Below are positions 29,834 through 39,595 of a stretch of DNA of 57,254 nucleotides, piece after piece (position 1 is the first letter of the stretch; the number at the start of each line of letters is the position of its first letter). A program made the translations under genes and the position numbers. The stretch is from an uncultured virus (IMG/VR IMGVR_UViG_3300025277_002331) (lineage: Duplodnaviria > Heunggongvirae > Uroviricota > Caudoviricetes): positions 62,001 to 119,254 of IMG/VR virus record IMGVR_UViG_3300025277_002331. The stretch is one strand, 5' to 3'. The notes beneath the pieces are model-generated. The model did no database searches. It saw only the letters and a list, made by a program, of their open reading frames with translations, and was not told the DNA's origin.

Positions 29834-30251
29834 GTAAAGAAACTATATCTCCAGTCGAGACTGACCACCAGACCTTATCAATCCCAAGAACGGAAATCAT
29901 ATTCATACACGACTTACACGGCTTGCTATTTTGCAACTCTCCCCTACTGTTTATTCTTAATACTACAACTTTAACAGAATTATCAACATAAATCTTTCCC
30001 CACAGTTTGCTGACTAGGTCTACTTCAGCGTGTAGAAATGGGTAGGTGATTTGCTTTTTGTTGTTGAACCTCTTAGCAAACCACAGAGCTTTCGCGCTTT
30101 GGTTATAAGTGTCGTTCTGGCCTATAGCTAGAAGCCTGCGCTTCTTCCATCCGAAAGCAAAGTGGAAAGCCCGGTAGCCTTTTTTCTTTTCATACGCTGT
30201 TGGGAACAATTGATAGGCAATCTCGATAGAACGGTCTAGGATTTTCGACAT
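29799..30251 (-). CDS. Zinc-dependent cytidine-deaminase-fold protein
   Basis: LHAEVD and KPCKSC zinc ligands. Confidence 0.75.
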   Translation of the reverse strand: MSKILDRSIEIAYQLFPTAYEKKKGYRAFHFAFGWKKRRLLAIGQNDTYNQSAKALWFAKRFNNKKQITYPFLHAEVDLVSKLWGKIYVDNSVKVVVLRINSRGELQNSKPCKSCMNMISVLGIDKVWWSVSTGDIVSLHEQGIYNNGDE

Positions 30252-30658
30252 TGCGGACCCACCCTTTTAGGTGCGTTCCCAAAGAGAGGGGAAGGACCGG
30301 AAGGAGACAAGCTGGATGAGATTCAGAACCGATTTACGCCTGTAAAGAAGCTAATTTGGCTAAATATAACCAACGCACTCGCTTCTTAAGCATAAACCTA
30401 TGGCACAGTCTGGTGGTAAAGACTGCGTGCGCACCCCAATAGGGAGTAATGGCCAAGTCCTTCGGTAACTATTGTTACCTACCTTGTTCCTGTAGCTCTG
30501 CTCTGGTGAACGGTCAAACCTGAGACAGTGACTCAAAGTATATCCCTGAACCCGTTTTTTAGCCGGATACTACAGCAACCATCTAACTAAAGCGCTCTGT
30601 GATGACTCGAACATCTCTGGTAAACCAGCGACCCAATTGCCCAGACCGCTCCACGAGG
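30252..30658 (-). ncRNA. Candidate ~400-nt structured ncRNA
   Basis: No ORF of 60 aa or more in any frame; at least six hairpins; strand inferred from flanking genes. Confidence 0.5.
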
Positions 30659-31036
30659 TTAGTCGCGGAATAGACGAATCCTACCGATGATAGGAACACG
30701 CCTTAAAGCAGGGGGATTAAACAGTCCCTTCCTTCTATGCTGTGGACACAGACAGAAGTTATCATGAAGTGCTTTCCCTGCTTTTCTAAACCCTCTATTG
30801 ACTCCTTTTCCCACCTTCTTAACGAGGCAGAATCCGTCAATAGTTACTAGACTTACTCTCCCCTTTCTCCAAGTAAGAGTGCAGTCACGATGATTGCTTC
30901 TCACCAGAAGTGGGGAAGAAACTACCCTCCACTCTCCGTAACATTCGTCACAGGCGGTTGCCTCACCAATAACAGAGAGTGACAAAATAGCTACACAAAC
31001 ACCAACAAACTTATTCATCAACCTTCTCCTAAACAA
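30659..31036 (-). CDS. Hypothetical exported protein
   Basis: Signal-peptide-like N-terminus, Cys-containing basic body. Confidence 0.5.
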   Translation of the reverse strand: MFRRRLMNKFVGVCVAILSLSVIGEATACDECYGEWRVVSSPLLVRSNHRDCTLTWRKGRVSLVTIDGFCLVKKVGKGVNRGFRKAGKALHDNFCLCPQHRRKGLFNPPALRRVPIIGRIRLFRD

Positions 31037-31408
31037 TTAAAAAGGAGCCACTTCTTCTGTTGCTGCTTCTACGGGTGTCTCAGAGTTACTGCCTGATGTG
31101 TTGGGTCCGAATTGAACATCCTCCGCAACAACTGACACTGACTGACGACGAATATCGTCTTTGTCAGTATACTCTTCCATCTTCAATCTTCCCTTGACTG
31201 CAATATTACGACCCTTCTTGAGATATCTCTCACAGATTTCTGCTTGTGGACCCCAAACAGTCACATCCATAAACAAGGTTTCCTCATTCTTCCCTCGCTT
31301 ATGGTTTGTAGCCATTCTCATTCCACAAACCTTAGTACCTGTCTTTGTCTCTCTTAGGTCTGGGTCTTTAGTAAGATTTCCAGCCAAGACCACACTGTTA
31401 ATGTTCAT
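31037..31408 (-). CDS. ssb: Single-stranded DNA-binding protein
   Basis: NSVVLAGNLTKDPDLR, VWG, YLKKG..IAVKGRL, acidic tail ending EEVAPF. Confidence 0.93.
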   Translation of the reverse strand: MNINSVVLAGNLTKDPDLRETKTGTKVCGMRMATNHKRGKNEETLFMDVTVWGPQAEICERYLKKGRNIAVKGRLKMEEYTDKDDIRRQSVSVVAEDVQFGPNTSGSNSETPVEAATEEVAPF

Positions 31409-31534
31409 TCTTCTTCCTCGCTTTCGTTAGTTTCCTCTTTCGACTCATCTGAGTCTTCTTCTTCATAATCAAACAGTAACAATTGTTTGACCACCCTTTT
31501 TCTCCGTCTCAAAATTAGAACACTGGCCTCCGTA

Positions 31535-31855
31535 TCATATACCCAAAACCTGCTTAATCTTACCTCTCAAAACTTGAGAGTTGCCTCGGTTCGAGGTTGC
31601 TTCGGTTGCATTTGAGACATTCTTAGTAAGTGTTGGTGTCATTCCCAACTGCTTACCAGCTTTAGTTGCTCCGCGCTTGGTCGAAGGGTTTGTTCCCTTC
31701 CCGGCATACCTGCATACGGCTGTGATGGGAGCATACTTTGCACCCCTCGCCTTTCCGTTCTTGGCTACACCAACAATGGTCTTTCCTTCCGTAGACCAGT
31801 TATAAGCCTTTCTAGTTTGAGCCAGCGTCATTAGAAATAGAGTTTCTGTCATCAT
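31535..31855 (-). CDS. Basic hypothetical protein
   Basis: 106-aa ORF with GAGGAGG RBS and upstream TTGACA...TATATAAT promoter-like sequence at 31891-31921. Confidence 0.65.
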   Translation of the reverse strand: MMTETLFLMTLAQTRKAYNWSTEGKTIVGVAKNGKARGAKYAPITAVCRYAGKGTNPSTKRGATKAGKQLGMTPTLTKNVSNATEATSNRGNSQVLRGKIKQVLGI

Positions 31856-31941
31856 TTGTTCCTCCTCGTGAGAACCTGTGGTAATACTCTATTATATAGC
31901 ATATTTTCGGGCCGATGTCAACCAAAATTTCGGAATTTTTT

Positions 31942-32256
31942 TTATGCAAGGACTAGGTATAGTATCAGCAAAACCTGCCCCAGAGACAATGTGTACAGTA
32001 TAATCCACGCCCATTTTCTTTTTAGGTGGTAGAGAAGTACGAGAATTCCCAGCGCCGTTACCGTACCGGCCATTTTCAGGCCCATGAATAGCCCTATCCC
32101 GCCGTCGTCGAGGTCTATGAGCCACGTCCCAACAGGGTTTTGCTCTATGTCTTTTAGTTCGTGACAGTTAGCAACAGCTAAGTATAAATCAAAAGATGAG
32201 GCCATTCCTATAAACAGCCATAGTAACCCATATATAACCGTTTGCCTACTCAACAT
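31942..32256 (-). CDS. Membrane protein, DUF5658-like
   Basis: Three hydrophobic segments, D-L-Y and EQNPVG..LI motif, LKMAGT. Confidence 0.6.
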   Translation of the reverse strand: MLSRQTVIYGLLWLFIGMASSFDLYLAVANCHELKDIEQNPVGTWLIDLDDGGIGLFMGLKMAGTVTALGILVLLYHLKRKWAWIILYTLSLGQVLLILYLVLA

Positions 32257-32473
32257 TGTATTTCTTATAGAAATCTTTTAATCTTGCATGGTTTGCTATC
32301 GCTACTATTTTATCTAAATGTTCTATAGTAATATCTATTTGAGAACAAGATAGAACTTCTTGACCTCTGAATAGATACTGATTAACTGATACGATTCCGT
32401 CTTCCTCAATATAGAAAGCCCTTGTTTGAACATCTATATTTCCATCGGTTGATTCGGATTCGTAGATAAACAT
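32246..32473 (-). CDS. Hypothetical protein
   Basis: 75-aa ORF in run. Confidence 0.45.
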   Translation of the reverse strand: MFIYESESTDGNIDVQTRAFYIEEDGIVSVNQYLFRGQEVLSCSQIDITIEHLDKIVAIANHARLKDFYKKYNVE

Positions 32474-32718
32474 TATTACCTATCCCACAGTAGCCACCCC
32501 AAGCCTAGACCGGCAGAGAAAATAAGAATTTCAAATATAGAAATTAACATCAGGTCAATGATGTCGTACCTTCTTGGATTCTTGTTTCTGCACATTTCTG
32601 GCTCGATGTTGGTTTCATTACCCACTTCTATCCTCTTTTGTATAGTAGTATCTGTTTTTGCTATTTTTCACTCGGTCTTAGCATTTTCCCGACTACTCGA
32701 AAGTGTAAGCTGGACGAT

Positions 32719-33279
32719 TTAGGTAATACTCCTCTTTCCATAGACCTTATCGAAGTCGAAAAACCTCCATCTGTTGTAATGCTCAACTACCTCGTCATTA
32801 TTTACATGATAGAGGTAATCCATTAACTGAAACCAGTTAGTAAACACCATTTCGTGCGGAAGAACCCCAAACATCCAGTTTGGCAACATCTCTTTGCCTC
32901 CTACACACCTTATTAGAACTGGTTTTTTCTGTCCTAGAGCTACAAACATTTCATGATATGACCCACACATATGAACATCTATGTCAAGATTAACAACTAG
33001 GAAGTGTGCTATGTCAACCATTCTAAGGTCGACTGCACATATCGGTTTCATTATATTTGATATAGAATCAAAGTCGCCTTCTTCCTTGTAGGAGTCAATT
33101 GTTTGTCTAGTGTTATGGTCTTCTGTTGCATAGTTACTTGGTTTATCGCATGGGTCTAGTACGCCAACCCCAATGTCTTTTAGTTGAGGGGTTATGTCCT
33201 GTCTCCACTTTACCCCGCCATCGCTAACCCTGTCCATAGGTCCGCATAGGTAACAGGTCATCCCCTTTAGTCTGTTCAT
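32719..33279 (-). CDS. Nucleoside 2-deoxyribosyltransferase-like protein
   Basis: CYLCGPM, WR, LDP, DLRMVD, GSYHE, KKPV. Confidence 0.72.
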   Translation of the reverse strand: MNRLKGMTCYLCGPMDRVSDGGVKWRQDITPQLKDIGVGVLDPCDKPSNYATEDHNTRQTIDSYKEEGDFDSISNIMKPICAVDLRMVDIAHFLVVNLDIDVHMCGSYHEMFVALGQKKPVLIRCVGGKEMLPNWMFGVLPHEMVFTNWFQLMDYLYHVNNDEVVEHYNRWRFFDFDKVYGKRSIT

Positions 33280-33292
33280 TTTCTTACTTTCT

Positions 33293-33333
33293 AAAAAAAA
33301 AGAGGCGCGAAAGTATAATAACCTTCGCGCCCC
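33293..33333 (-). terminator. Intrinsic terminator
   Basis: GGGCGCGAA...TTCGCGCCT followed by long T-run. Confidence 0.75.
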
Positions 33334-33341
33334 GAGTAAAA

Positions 33342-33866
33342 CTATTTTTTCTTGTGAATGAATACTAACAGGTCTTCCACTGATTTGTATTCTTTTGCAC
33401 AGGCAGCCTCCTTAACTTCTTTGGTAGCATCTCCCTTTTTCCATCCTAAAGATACTAAGGCTTCAACAGTTTCGGAGACTATAGTTACATCAGTTTTCAA
33501 TTCGTCTGCAACTAACTTTTCAGATTCCTTTTCTAGAATGTTCTTAGTTACCCAATTACGCGCACTGGCATTTCCCTGTTTAGCTTGTTCAACTGCTTGA
33601 GCGCATATTGTATCCCAATCACTCTCGGAAAGCATCTCTTTATCTTCTTCAACTCCTATTTCGATAGTACCTTCGATTTTTGTTATTGGCTCTAAATTAG
33701 TAGGTTTGCTAAAATTTTCTTGGCACACTACGTCTGTGATAGGTCTCGCAATCCATCCAAAAATTGAACATAATGTTCCATACATTATTCTAGTAATAAA
33801 ACCAAAAATTAAGGCAAATATTAGAAATTCAGGCCATAAACCTAAGTCCATGCCAGTATTTTCCAC
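33342..33866 (-). CDS. Membrane-anchored protein with RuvA C-terminal-like domain
   Basis: N-terminal TM; ETVEALVSLGWKKGDA...SVEDLL resembles RuvA domain III. Confidence 0.55.
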   Translation of the reverse strand: MENTGMDLGLWPEFLIFALIFGFITRIMYGTLCSIFGWIARPITDVVCQENFSKPTNLEPITKIEGTIEIGVEEDKEMLSESDWDTICAQAVEQAKQGNASARNWVTKNILEKESEKLVADELKTDVTIVSETVEALVSLGWKKGDATKEVKEAACAKEYKSVEDLLVFIHKKK

Positions 33867-34684
33867 TAATTACCTTCTGCCTCACTTTCATCGTCTTCAT
33901 GCATAAGAGTGTTCATAAACTCAGCAAACTCTTCTTCGGTCCAAGCCTCGCCATCTTCTCCTCTATGAAGAAGACTCTTAAGCGGACCTTCATAGTCAGC
34001 AATAACCTGATACTCACAAGTGCGAACCTTCTGACACTCGCAATCAGTTGGGACTGACACAACATCCTTGGGGTTTACTTTAACGATGACTACACGGTCT
34101 TCGTTATGCTCAGACCGATAGCTTTCGACGTACTCCAAAGCGCCACAGTGAAGACCATCACTACATCCAATGCCACAGTCATCATTAACCTTACGGCGCT
34201 GCATACTAACAGTTTGACCAACACTATTGTCAATCTGATTAGACCACTTATCCTTATAGTCACTAGTCACAGCCTTGTAAGCAAGGAAGCAACCATCTTC
34301 TGTGATAGGAAGGTTCTTATGCTCAAGGAACGTATACAGTTCTTGAACAGCACGATTACTATGGTTCTCCAAGACGTTAGCCAAGAACTTAATCATAGGC
34401 TCAAAAGGAAAACCATTACGCATCATTCCCATAATGCGCTCGGTAAGACTGTTGTGGATTTCTTCGTCATCATAGCGAAGAATACCATTAGTAACAGTAA
34501 CCTTGCCTTCTGCATAATCTTCGATAGCAGAGGGAATGTCAATCAGTTCGACAATGTTTTCTGCATCGTTGTTAACGATACATTCCTTGATAGCCATGTA
34601 GTTAGGATGGTCATAACCAACCGTAAAACTCTGGTTATCAATAACAATAGTAATCGTTCCGTTTCCGCTGACAATGTAATTCAT
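33866..34684 (-). CDS. rIIB: T4 RIIB-like protein
   Basis: LPITEDGCFLAYKAV, CSDGLH, VKVNPKDVVSVP.D, KVRTCEY. Confidence 0.85.
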   Translation of the reverse strand: MNYIVSGNGTITIVIDNQSFTVGYDHPNYMAIKECIVNNDAENIVELIDIPSAIEDYAEGKVTVTNGILRYDDEEIHNSLTERIMGMMRNGFPFEPMIKFLANVLENHSNRAVQELYTFLEHKNLPITEDGCFLAYKAVTSDYKDKWSNQIDNSVGQTVSMQRRKVNDDCGIGCSDGLHCGALEYVESYRSEHNEDRVVIVKVNPKDVVSVPTDCECQKVRTCEYQVIADYEGPLKSLLHRGEDGEAWTEEEFAEFMNTLMHEDDESEAEGN

Positions 34685-34706
34685 CTCAAACCTTTCTTAG
34701 ATTTAG

Positions 34707-34745
34707 AAAAGGGAACCCTACCAGATACATTCCAGTAGGGTTCCC
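34707..34745 (-). terminator. Intrinsic terminator
   Basis: GGGAACCCTAC...GTAGGGTTCCC then TTTT. Confidence 0.7.
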
Positions 34746-34761
34746 AATCCCACCCTACTTA

Positions 34762-35223
34762 CTATTCACCACCAGTAGATTGAGCCTTTTCGATTTTCTT
34801 ATCGAAGTCAGGCTTTTTGATAACATCGGGCTTAACCGGCATTGGCTTGTCGGTAGGGAACAGTTCTCCCTTTTCCATCTTAACCATTTCTTCAGTCTGG
34901 TTAAGACCGCGCTGGTAGCCCTCGTGCCAAACGGAATGATAGTCCTTCGGATTGGTGAGGTATTCAACAATACCTTCCATCCTACCTTGATTTCTCATCC
35001 CTTCTTCGTTTTCTTGGCTCAACTTATTAAGCATAATGTGGGTAACCTCATCAGCCCACTCTTGGTTGATACCACTACGGGCATCAGACATCTGAACCAT
35101 ATGTTCAAGCCTTGATGTCTTGGACTGTAGGTAAATATTATAGTTTACCAGAGTTGCAATAACAGCGGCCAGTGCGATTGTTGTTTTAGTGTAATTAACG
35201 GTCATCCGATAACATCCTTGCAA
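34762..35223 (-). CDS. Membrane-anchored hypothetical protein
   Basis: N-terminal TM; WHEGYQRG motif. Confidence 0.6.
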   Translation of the reverse strand: MQGCYRMTVNYTKTTIALAAVIATLVNYNIYLQSKTSRLEHMVQMSDARSGINQEWADEVTHIMLNKLSQENEEGMRNQGRMEGIVEYLTNPKDYHSVWHEGYQRGLNQTEEMVKMEKGELFPTDKPMPVKPDVIKKPDFDKKIEKAQSTGGE

Positions 35224-35468
35224 TTAGAGTCCAGTGTTTTCGTCAGTTCTTTTTTGATTGCTCGGTCTACAAGCATTCCTAGCGTAACAAGTTCTTCTGT
35301 ACTTAGTTTTTTAAATGCCTTTTCTAATTTTCTTCTCCTGTTTGCTCCATGAATTTTTTCTATTACTTTTTCGACTACACGTTTTTTACTCATGCGGTCA
35401 GAATCGCTTGTGTTAAACATTCGTTCTTCGTTACTCTTAAGGTCTTTCCCTGCAACATAACTAGCCAC
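35202..35468 (-). CDS. Hypothetical protein
   Basis: 88-aa ORF with GGAG RBS. Confidence 0.45.
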   Translation of the reverse strand: MASYVAGKDLKSNEERMFNTSDSDRMSKKRVVEKVIEKIHGANRRRKLEKAFKKLSTEELVTLGMLVDRAIKKELTKTLDSNCKDVIG

Positions 35469-35524
35469 TTGTTCACTCCTTCAAAATATCACTGTGTTTT
35501 TTTCAACCAACTTAGCAGGTTTAG

Positions 35525-37669
35525 CTACAATGAAGCCTCAACAAGGTCAACATAACGAGCCAGTTCTTCAACCATATCCTCTTCAATTCCGTAATATCTT
35601 TTGGTCATGATTTTAATCAGGGGGTACTTATCAAGGCACGCTTCAAGGTGGGACGAGTGCTTATTCTCAACCTTGTCAGGCAGGGTTCTATAAATCCTGC
35701 ACAGTTGATAAATATCTTCTGCCTTCTTCTCTTCCTGTTGCTTATCATAGTAATCTTTAAGAGCAACAATCTGTTTAAGACCATTATTTTCGGTAGCAGT
35801 CTTTCGAGAAACTTTCTTAAGCTCTTTAATGTCTACCTCAAGATTGTCAAACATATCCCTGACAGACATCCTGTCTTCAATAAGTTGCTTATCTTCTTCG
35901 CTAATACTGTTAGCCACTTTTTGGGCAAGTTGAGTAATATCAACCCACTTACCTTCGAGGCGACTCAGCTTATCGAAGCTGGCTCTATTAGCAACGACAT
36001 TCTTGATGCCGTAAATCTTATCCTTATCAATGTCGTAACCAAGAGCAATAAGATGGTCTACGACTTGACCAAGAGTATCGAGGTCAGGATACATTCCATG
36101 CGTTTGGCTAAGTTCGTAGCGGTCAATCCTTACGAAATAACCACCGTCGTTAAGGTCAATATCAACATCAGACCAGTTGCCACCCTTCTTCCAGCTACGA
36201 GTCCCACCGTTCCATCTGACAACGCTGGTACGTCTTTCTGACGAATCGTAATACCTGTTGCTAATGGGTTTATCAAGGTCTGAGGTCTTACTGATGTGAC
36301 TTTCATCACACCCCACCAGTTCTCGGAACTCAGCAATAGCCTCGTCAGTACCATTTACCTTGTAAACCTTAAACTTACTATCACCATGTTCATACCTACC
36401 GCTAGTGGTATTCTCTTTAACATGGTTCTTAATGCGACTGATTCCGCCGCGCTTAAGGTCGTCAACAAAGATGACGGCACTAGGGTCTATCCGCAGCTTT
36501 GTAACAGAGTCTGTTTGAACTGCTTTCTTCCAACCATCCCTGTAGTAAACTCTAACAACGAGACCTTCAATGTCCCCAATATAAATCTGACTAAACTGGT
36601 TGTCAAACAGGTCAGTGCTGTTCCACTTAATATCTGTAGCCTCAATTACACTAGAGAGTCCACCAAGCAACCCATTATGCCTAGTAAGATTAACATGAGC
36701 AACTCTAGCATCCCAGAGAGTAGCTGCCTCTGAGATAGATTCTTCAGCTACACGTTGAGCCTTTTCTTTAATCTCAGCACACTTTCTAACGATAGATTCT
36801 TTAGTGTGCTTGTTGTAACTGAGAGACTCACGAGACGGAGTAATATTCAGTTCGCCAATATCAAACTGAATAGTAATATTAGTGTTTAGGATTTCACGAG
36901 TTTTTTTGTCGTCGTCAAAGTTATCTCGGTCAATAGGATAGGCAACCTGTCCCATAATAGCAACGGCATGGTAATCAGCATGCCTATCAATTTTACGAAC
37001 AGCCCAACCATCACCTTCGATGATATAGCTTTCCGGCACAATCTCGATAGACTGACCAGCAATCTTCGGAGCGACCTTAAACCACTTATAGAGGTCTTCT
37101 GCCTCGTCTATAAACTCCTGAACATCGTTGTTGTAACCTTCACACTTAACGGGGAAGCTAACCTTCAACCCATTAGGCTCAGAGGTAGCCTGAGTGTTTA
37201 GAAGGGCAAAGACGGGTTCGTCTTCTTCATTCTTATAAGCGGTATAGGTTCGATGCTCACCGTTAAAGAATGACTCGACAGTGAAGCTATCGCTGTATGC
37301 GAAAGGAGACTTGCTCCCTAGACCCATACATCCAACTGCTTCGTTACTATCGGTTCGATTGCTGCGAAAGTATGTTGTATAGAGGTGCATACAGTCGCTA
37401 TGTGAGAGTCCTGTTCCGTAGTCTCTAACTGAAAAAGTAGGTTCCATGTTCGAGGGAAGATGGACTTCAAATTGCTTGTCCCCATTTCCAGCATCAACAT
37501 GAGAATCATACGCATTTGTACTTAGCTCCCTAACTACTGCCCGAACCTTGTTCGAGTATAATTGGTCGGAAAGAATTGAGAATGCTTTGGCAGTCGCTTC
37601 TATTGTATAGTTAGACTGCTCAAAATCCGACGACCTTTCGATTACGTTGACCTTGCCTTGCAACTTCAT
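35525..37669 (-). CDS. rIIA: T4 RIIA-like protein (GHKL ATPase N-domain)
   Basis: LYSNKVRAVVRELSTNAYDSH, VRDYGTGL, GCMGLGSKSPFAYSDSF; upstream of rIIB. Confidence 0.88.
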   Translation of the reverse strand: MKLQGKVNVIERSSDFEQSNYTIEATAKAFSILSDQLYSNKVRAVVRELSTNAYDSHVDAGNGDKQFEVHLPSNMEPTFSVRDYGTGLSHSDCMHLYTTYFRSNRTDSNEAVGCMGLGSKSPFAYSDSFTVESFFNGEHRTYTAYKNEEDEPVFALLNTQATSEPNGLKVSFPVKCEGYNNDVQEFIDEAEDLYKWFKVAPKIAGQSIEIVPESYIIEGDGWAVRKIDRHADYHAVAIMGQVAYPIDRDNFDDDKKTREILNTNITIQFDIGELNITPSRESLSYNKHTKESIVRKCAEIKEKAQRVAEESISEAATLWDARVAHVNLTRHNGLLGGLSSVIEATDIKWNSTDLFDNQFSQIYIGDIEGLVVRVYYRDGWKKAVQTDSVTKLRIDPSAVIFVDDLKRGGISRIKNHVKENTTSGRYEHGDSKFKVYKVNGTDEAIAEFRELVGCDESHISKTSDLDKPISNRYYDSSERRTSVVRWNGGTRSWKKGGNWSDVDIDLNDGGYFVRIDRYELSQTHGMYPDLDTLGQVVDHLIALGYDIDKDKIYGIKNVVANRASFDKLSRLEGKWVDITQLAQKVANSISEEDKQLIEDRMSVRDMFDNLEVDIKELKKVSRKTATENNGLKQIVALKDYYDKQQEEKKAEDIYQLCRIYRTLPDKVENKHSSHLEACLDKYPLIKIMTKRYYGIEEDMVEELARYVDLVEASL

Positions 37670-37707
37670 AGTACCATCCTTTCAAAGAGTTATCCGGTCC
37701 TGCACCA

Positions 37708-37735
37708 ATTTTAACAGAGGGTTGGCGTGTGTCAA
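37708..37735 (-). promoter_or_regulatory. Sigma70-type promoter for rIIA
   Basis: TTGACA-16 bp-TAAAAT. Confidence 0.65.
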
Positions 37736-37745
37736 GAACAAAATT

Positions 37746-38159
37746 TCACTTTTTTAGCTCTTGTTGTGAATCAACTAAATCACTAGACGATTGAATCTTG
37801 GGTCCACCAAGGTTCCAGACTAATTTAACTCCCAACCTTTCACATAGCTCAACTTCTGGAACATTATCATTCTTTCTGTCTCCACCATTACCGAAGTAGT
37901 CAGGTCTTAGTCTCTCAATTGTTTCACATACTGTGCTATCTGAGTCGTCTACTGACACTACTTCCGAGACGCAAGAAAGTCCTTCAAGAATTTCCTTTCT
38001 CTCATCATAAGTCATAAACATATACCCCTTCTTAGAAATTAACCACTCGTCACTATTGAGAATAATAATAACTCTACCAAAAGTAGACGCCTCCTGCATC
38101 ATTCTCAAATGTCCGATGTGTACCGGGTCGAACCCACCGCTCAAAGCTATGGTTTTCAT
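37746..38159 (-). CDS. Cytidylyltransferase-family protein
   Basis: SGGFDPVHIGH, NSDEWL..KKG, NGGDR, QSSS. Confidence 0.85.
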   Translation of the reverse strand: MKTIALSGGFDPVHIGHLRMMQEASTFGRVIIILNSDEWLISKKGYMFMTYDERKEILEGLSCVSEVVSVDDSDSTVCETIERLRPDYFGNGGDRKNDNVPEVELCERLGVKLVWNLGGPKIQSSSDLVDSQQELKK

Positions 38160-38752
38160 TATGCTACCGCCTTTCCTACGAATGTTTTTTGCAGGCTAGA
38201 TAGACCCCCTTGAAGAACCTGACTAACTGCCTGCTTGCTACATCCCCTAATTTGAGCTATCTCTCTTACGCTCTTTCCTTTAAGGTAGTGCATCTTTAGA
38301 TATTTTCTCTGCTTTTCTGTAAGACACTTGTTCTTAAGAACCTTTTGAGCTATTCTTTTCTGTTTAGTGGCCTCTTCCTTTTTGTTGATGTACTCTTCTA
38401 TCGATTCTCTGTGGTCTTCTATTTCTTTTGCTGCGTTTGAATATACACGACCGTCGTTTCCAATCCGTTCTACATCTATAGAAAAATGTGTTGGTCTTTT
38501 TGATAGTCTGTTAAGGGTTCTAAACTCTTTAATGATAGCCCTACGTCCGTAGGTACACCTAAGCGTCACCCTCTTACATCCTCTCGTTGGGTCGAAGTCG
38601 TGTTCTGCTCTCATAATGGCATTTGCTACGTTTGCGATAACGTCATCATCTGTTAGCATCCACATCTGACCCCACCTCCCAATCATTGACCTAGCTTCGT
38701 CAATGTAATTATGGAGAGTTCTTTCCTCAACAGGAGCATCAAATCTAGACAT
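38159..38752 (-). CDS. Sigma70-family factor (second)
   Basis: Region-2-like AEHDFDPTRG and region-4 HTH KSVREIAQIRGCSKQAVSQ. Confidence 0.72.
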   Translation of the reverse strand: MSRFDAPVEERTLHNYIDEARSMIGRWGQMWMLTDDDVIANVANAIMRAEHDFDPTRGCKRVTLRCTYGRRAIIKEFRTLNRLSKRPTHFSIDVERIGNDGRVYSNAAKEIEDHRESIEEYINKKEEATKQKRIAQKVLKNKCLTEKQRKYLKMHYLKGKSVREIAQIRGCSKQAVSQVLQGGLSSLQKTFVGKAVA

Positions 38753-39164
38753 CTTTAATCCTTTCCTTCAATTCAGAAGACGAAAACTTATGCCTTCTCT
38801 TGTTGTAGTAGATTCGTATCCTTTTTTCTTTACACAGTTTCTTTCCAGTAAAGTTCTCTATTGTATATTCCTCTCCTAAGAATCTTATGTTTATTGGTAG
38901 CGTTTTTAGTATTGTCTTTAAATCTTTTTCTGTTTTGTATACTATAATCTCGTCAACATATTTACAGGCTCGTAGCTGTATCTGCCTTTCTACTAGAGAC
39001 TGTATGGGTTTACTTTTCCCATCCCTTTCTAGGCTCGGGTCTATTTGCAACCCGACTATCAAATGTTCGCAATTGTTCTTAGCCTCCTCCAGCATAGCGA
39101 CATGCCCTGCGTGAAGCAAGTCAAAACAGGAGCAGGTGAATCCGATTTTAGGTTTTGGTTCCAT
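38745..39164 (-). CDS. Glycerol-3-phosphate cytidylyltransferase-like (TagD family)
   Basis: CSCFDLLHAGH, LIVGLQ, ER..QL, YVDEI, RRHKFSSSELK. Confidence 0.85.
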   Translation of the reverse strand: MEPKPKIGFTCSCFDLLHAGHVAMLEEAKNNCEHLIVGLQIDPSLERDGKSKPIQSLVERQIQLRACKYVDEIIVYKTEKDLKTILKTLPINIRFLGEEYTIENFTGKKLCKEKRIRIYYNKRRHKFSSSELKERIKDV

Positions 39165-39420
39165 TCTTTTTCCATCCTAGTCTCATTAGTACATTAGATA
39201 TGTCTTGGGCTATTTCTTCAACCCACTCTTCGTCCTTAGACCAATCTGATGCGTGTAGGAGTTCATGAATGACTACCTCTAGTTCTTCTTCACGCTGCAA
39301 ATCTGTTGATATTCTTATCTCTTTTCCCTTAGTGTCTGGAGAGTCACACTCTCCACCAGTAGTCTCATCTAGCTCAATGAATACTAGGTTCCAATATTTA
39401 TTTCCTACTTTTATTCTCAT
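39148..39420 (-). CDS. Small HEXXH zinc-metallopeptidase-like protein
   Basis: GEC...IRI...VVIHELLHA...EEWVE. Confidence 0.6.
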   Translation of the reverse strand: MRIKVGNKYWNLVFIELDETTGGECDSPDTKGKEIRISTDLQREEELEVVIHELLHASDWSKDEEWVEEIAQDISNVLMRLGWKKNGTKT

Positions 39421-39595
39421 CTAACCAAGGAACTTTCTTACCGTTGTGGTCTACTTGAATAAAACCACAACTTTCACACAGGACATTTACTACATATCCC
39501 TGATTTACTTTTTCTTCTGAAATTAATCCAGCTAATCCACACTCGATATCATGTCCAAGCAACTGGTCGTGGCATTCTTGACAAAAGTCAGCCAT
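39398..39595 (-). CDS. Small Zn-binding phage protein
   Basis: MADFCQEC...LCESCG..QVDHNG. Confidence 0.55.
   Translation of the reverse strand: MADFCQECHDQLLGHDIECGLAGLISEEKVNQGYVVNVLCESCGFIQVDHNGKKVPWLDENKSRK

Noticed and set aside
30479..30488. 16S rRNA 3'-end fragment (AACAAGGTAG on the minus strand)
   Set aside because: Only a 10-nt match; the following helix 45 and GGATCACCTCC are absent.
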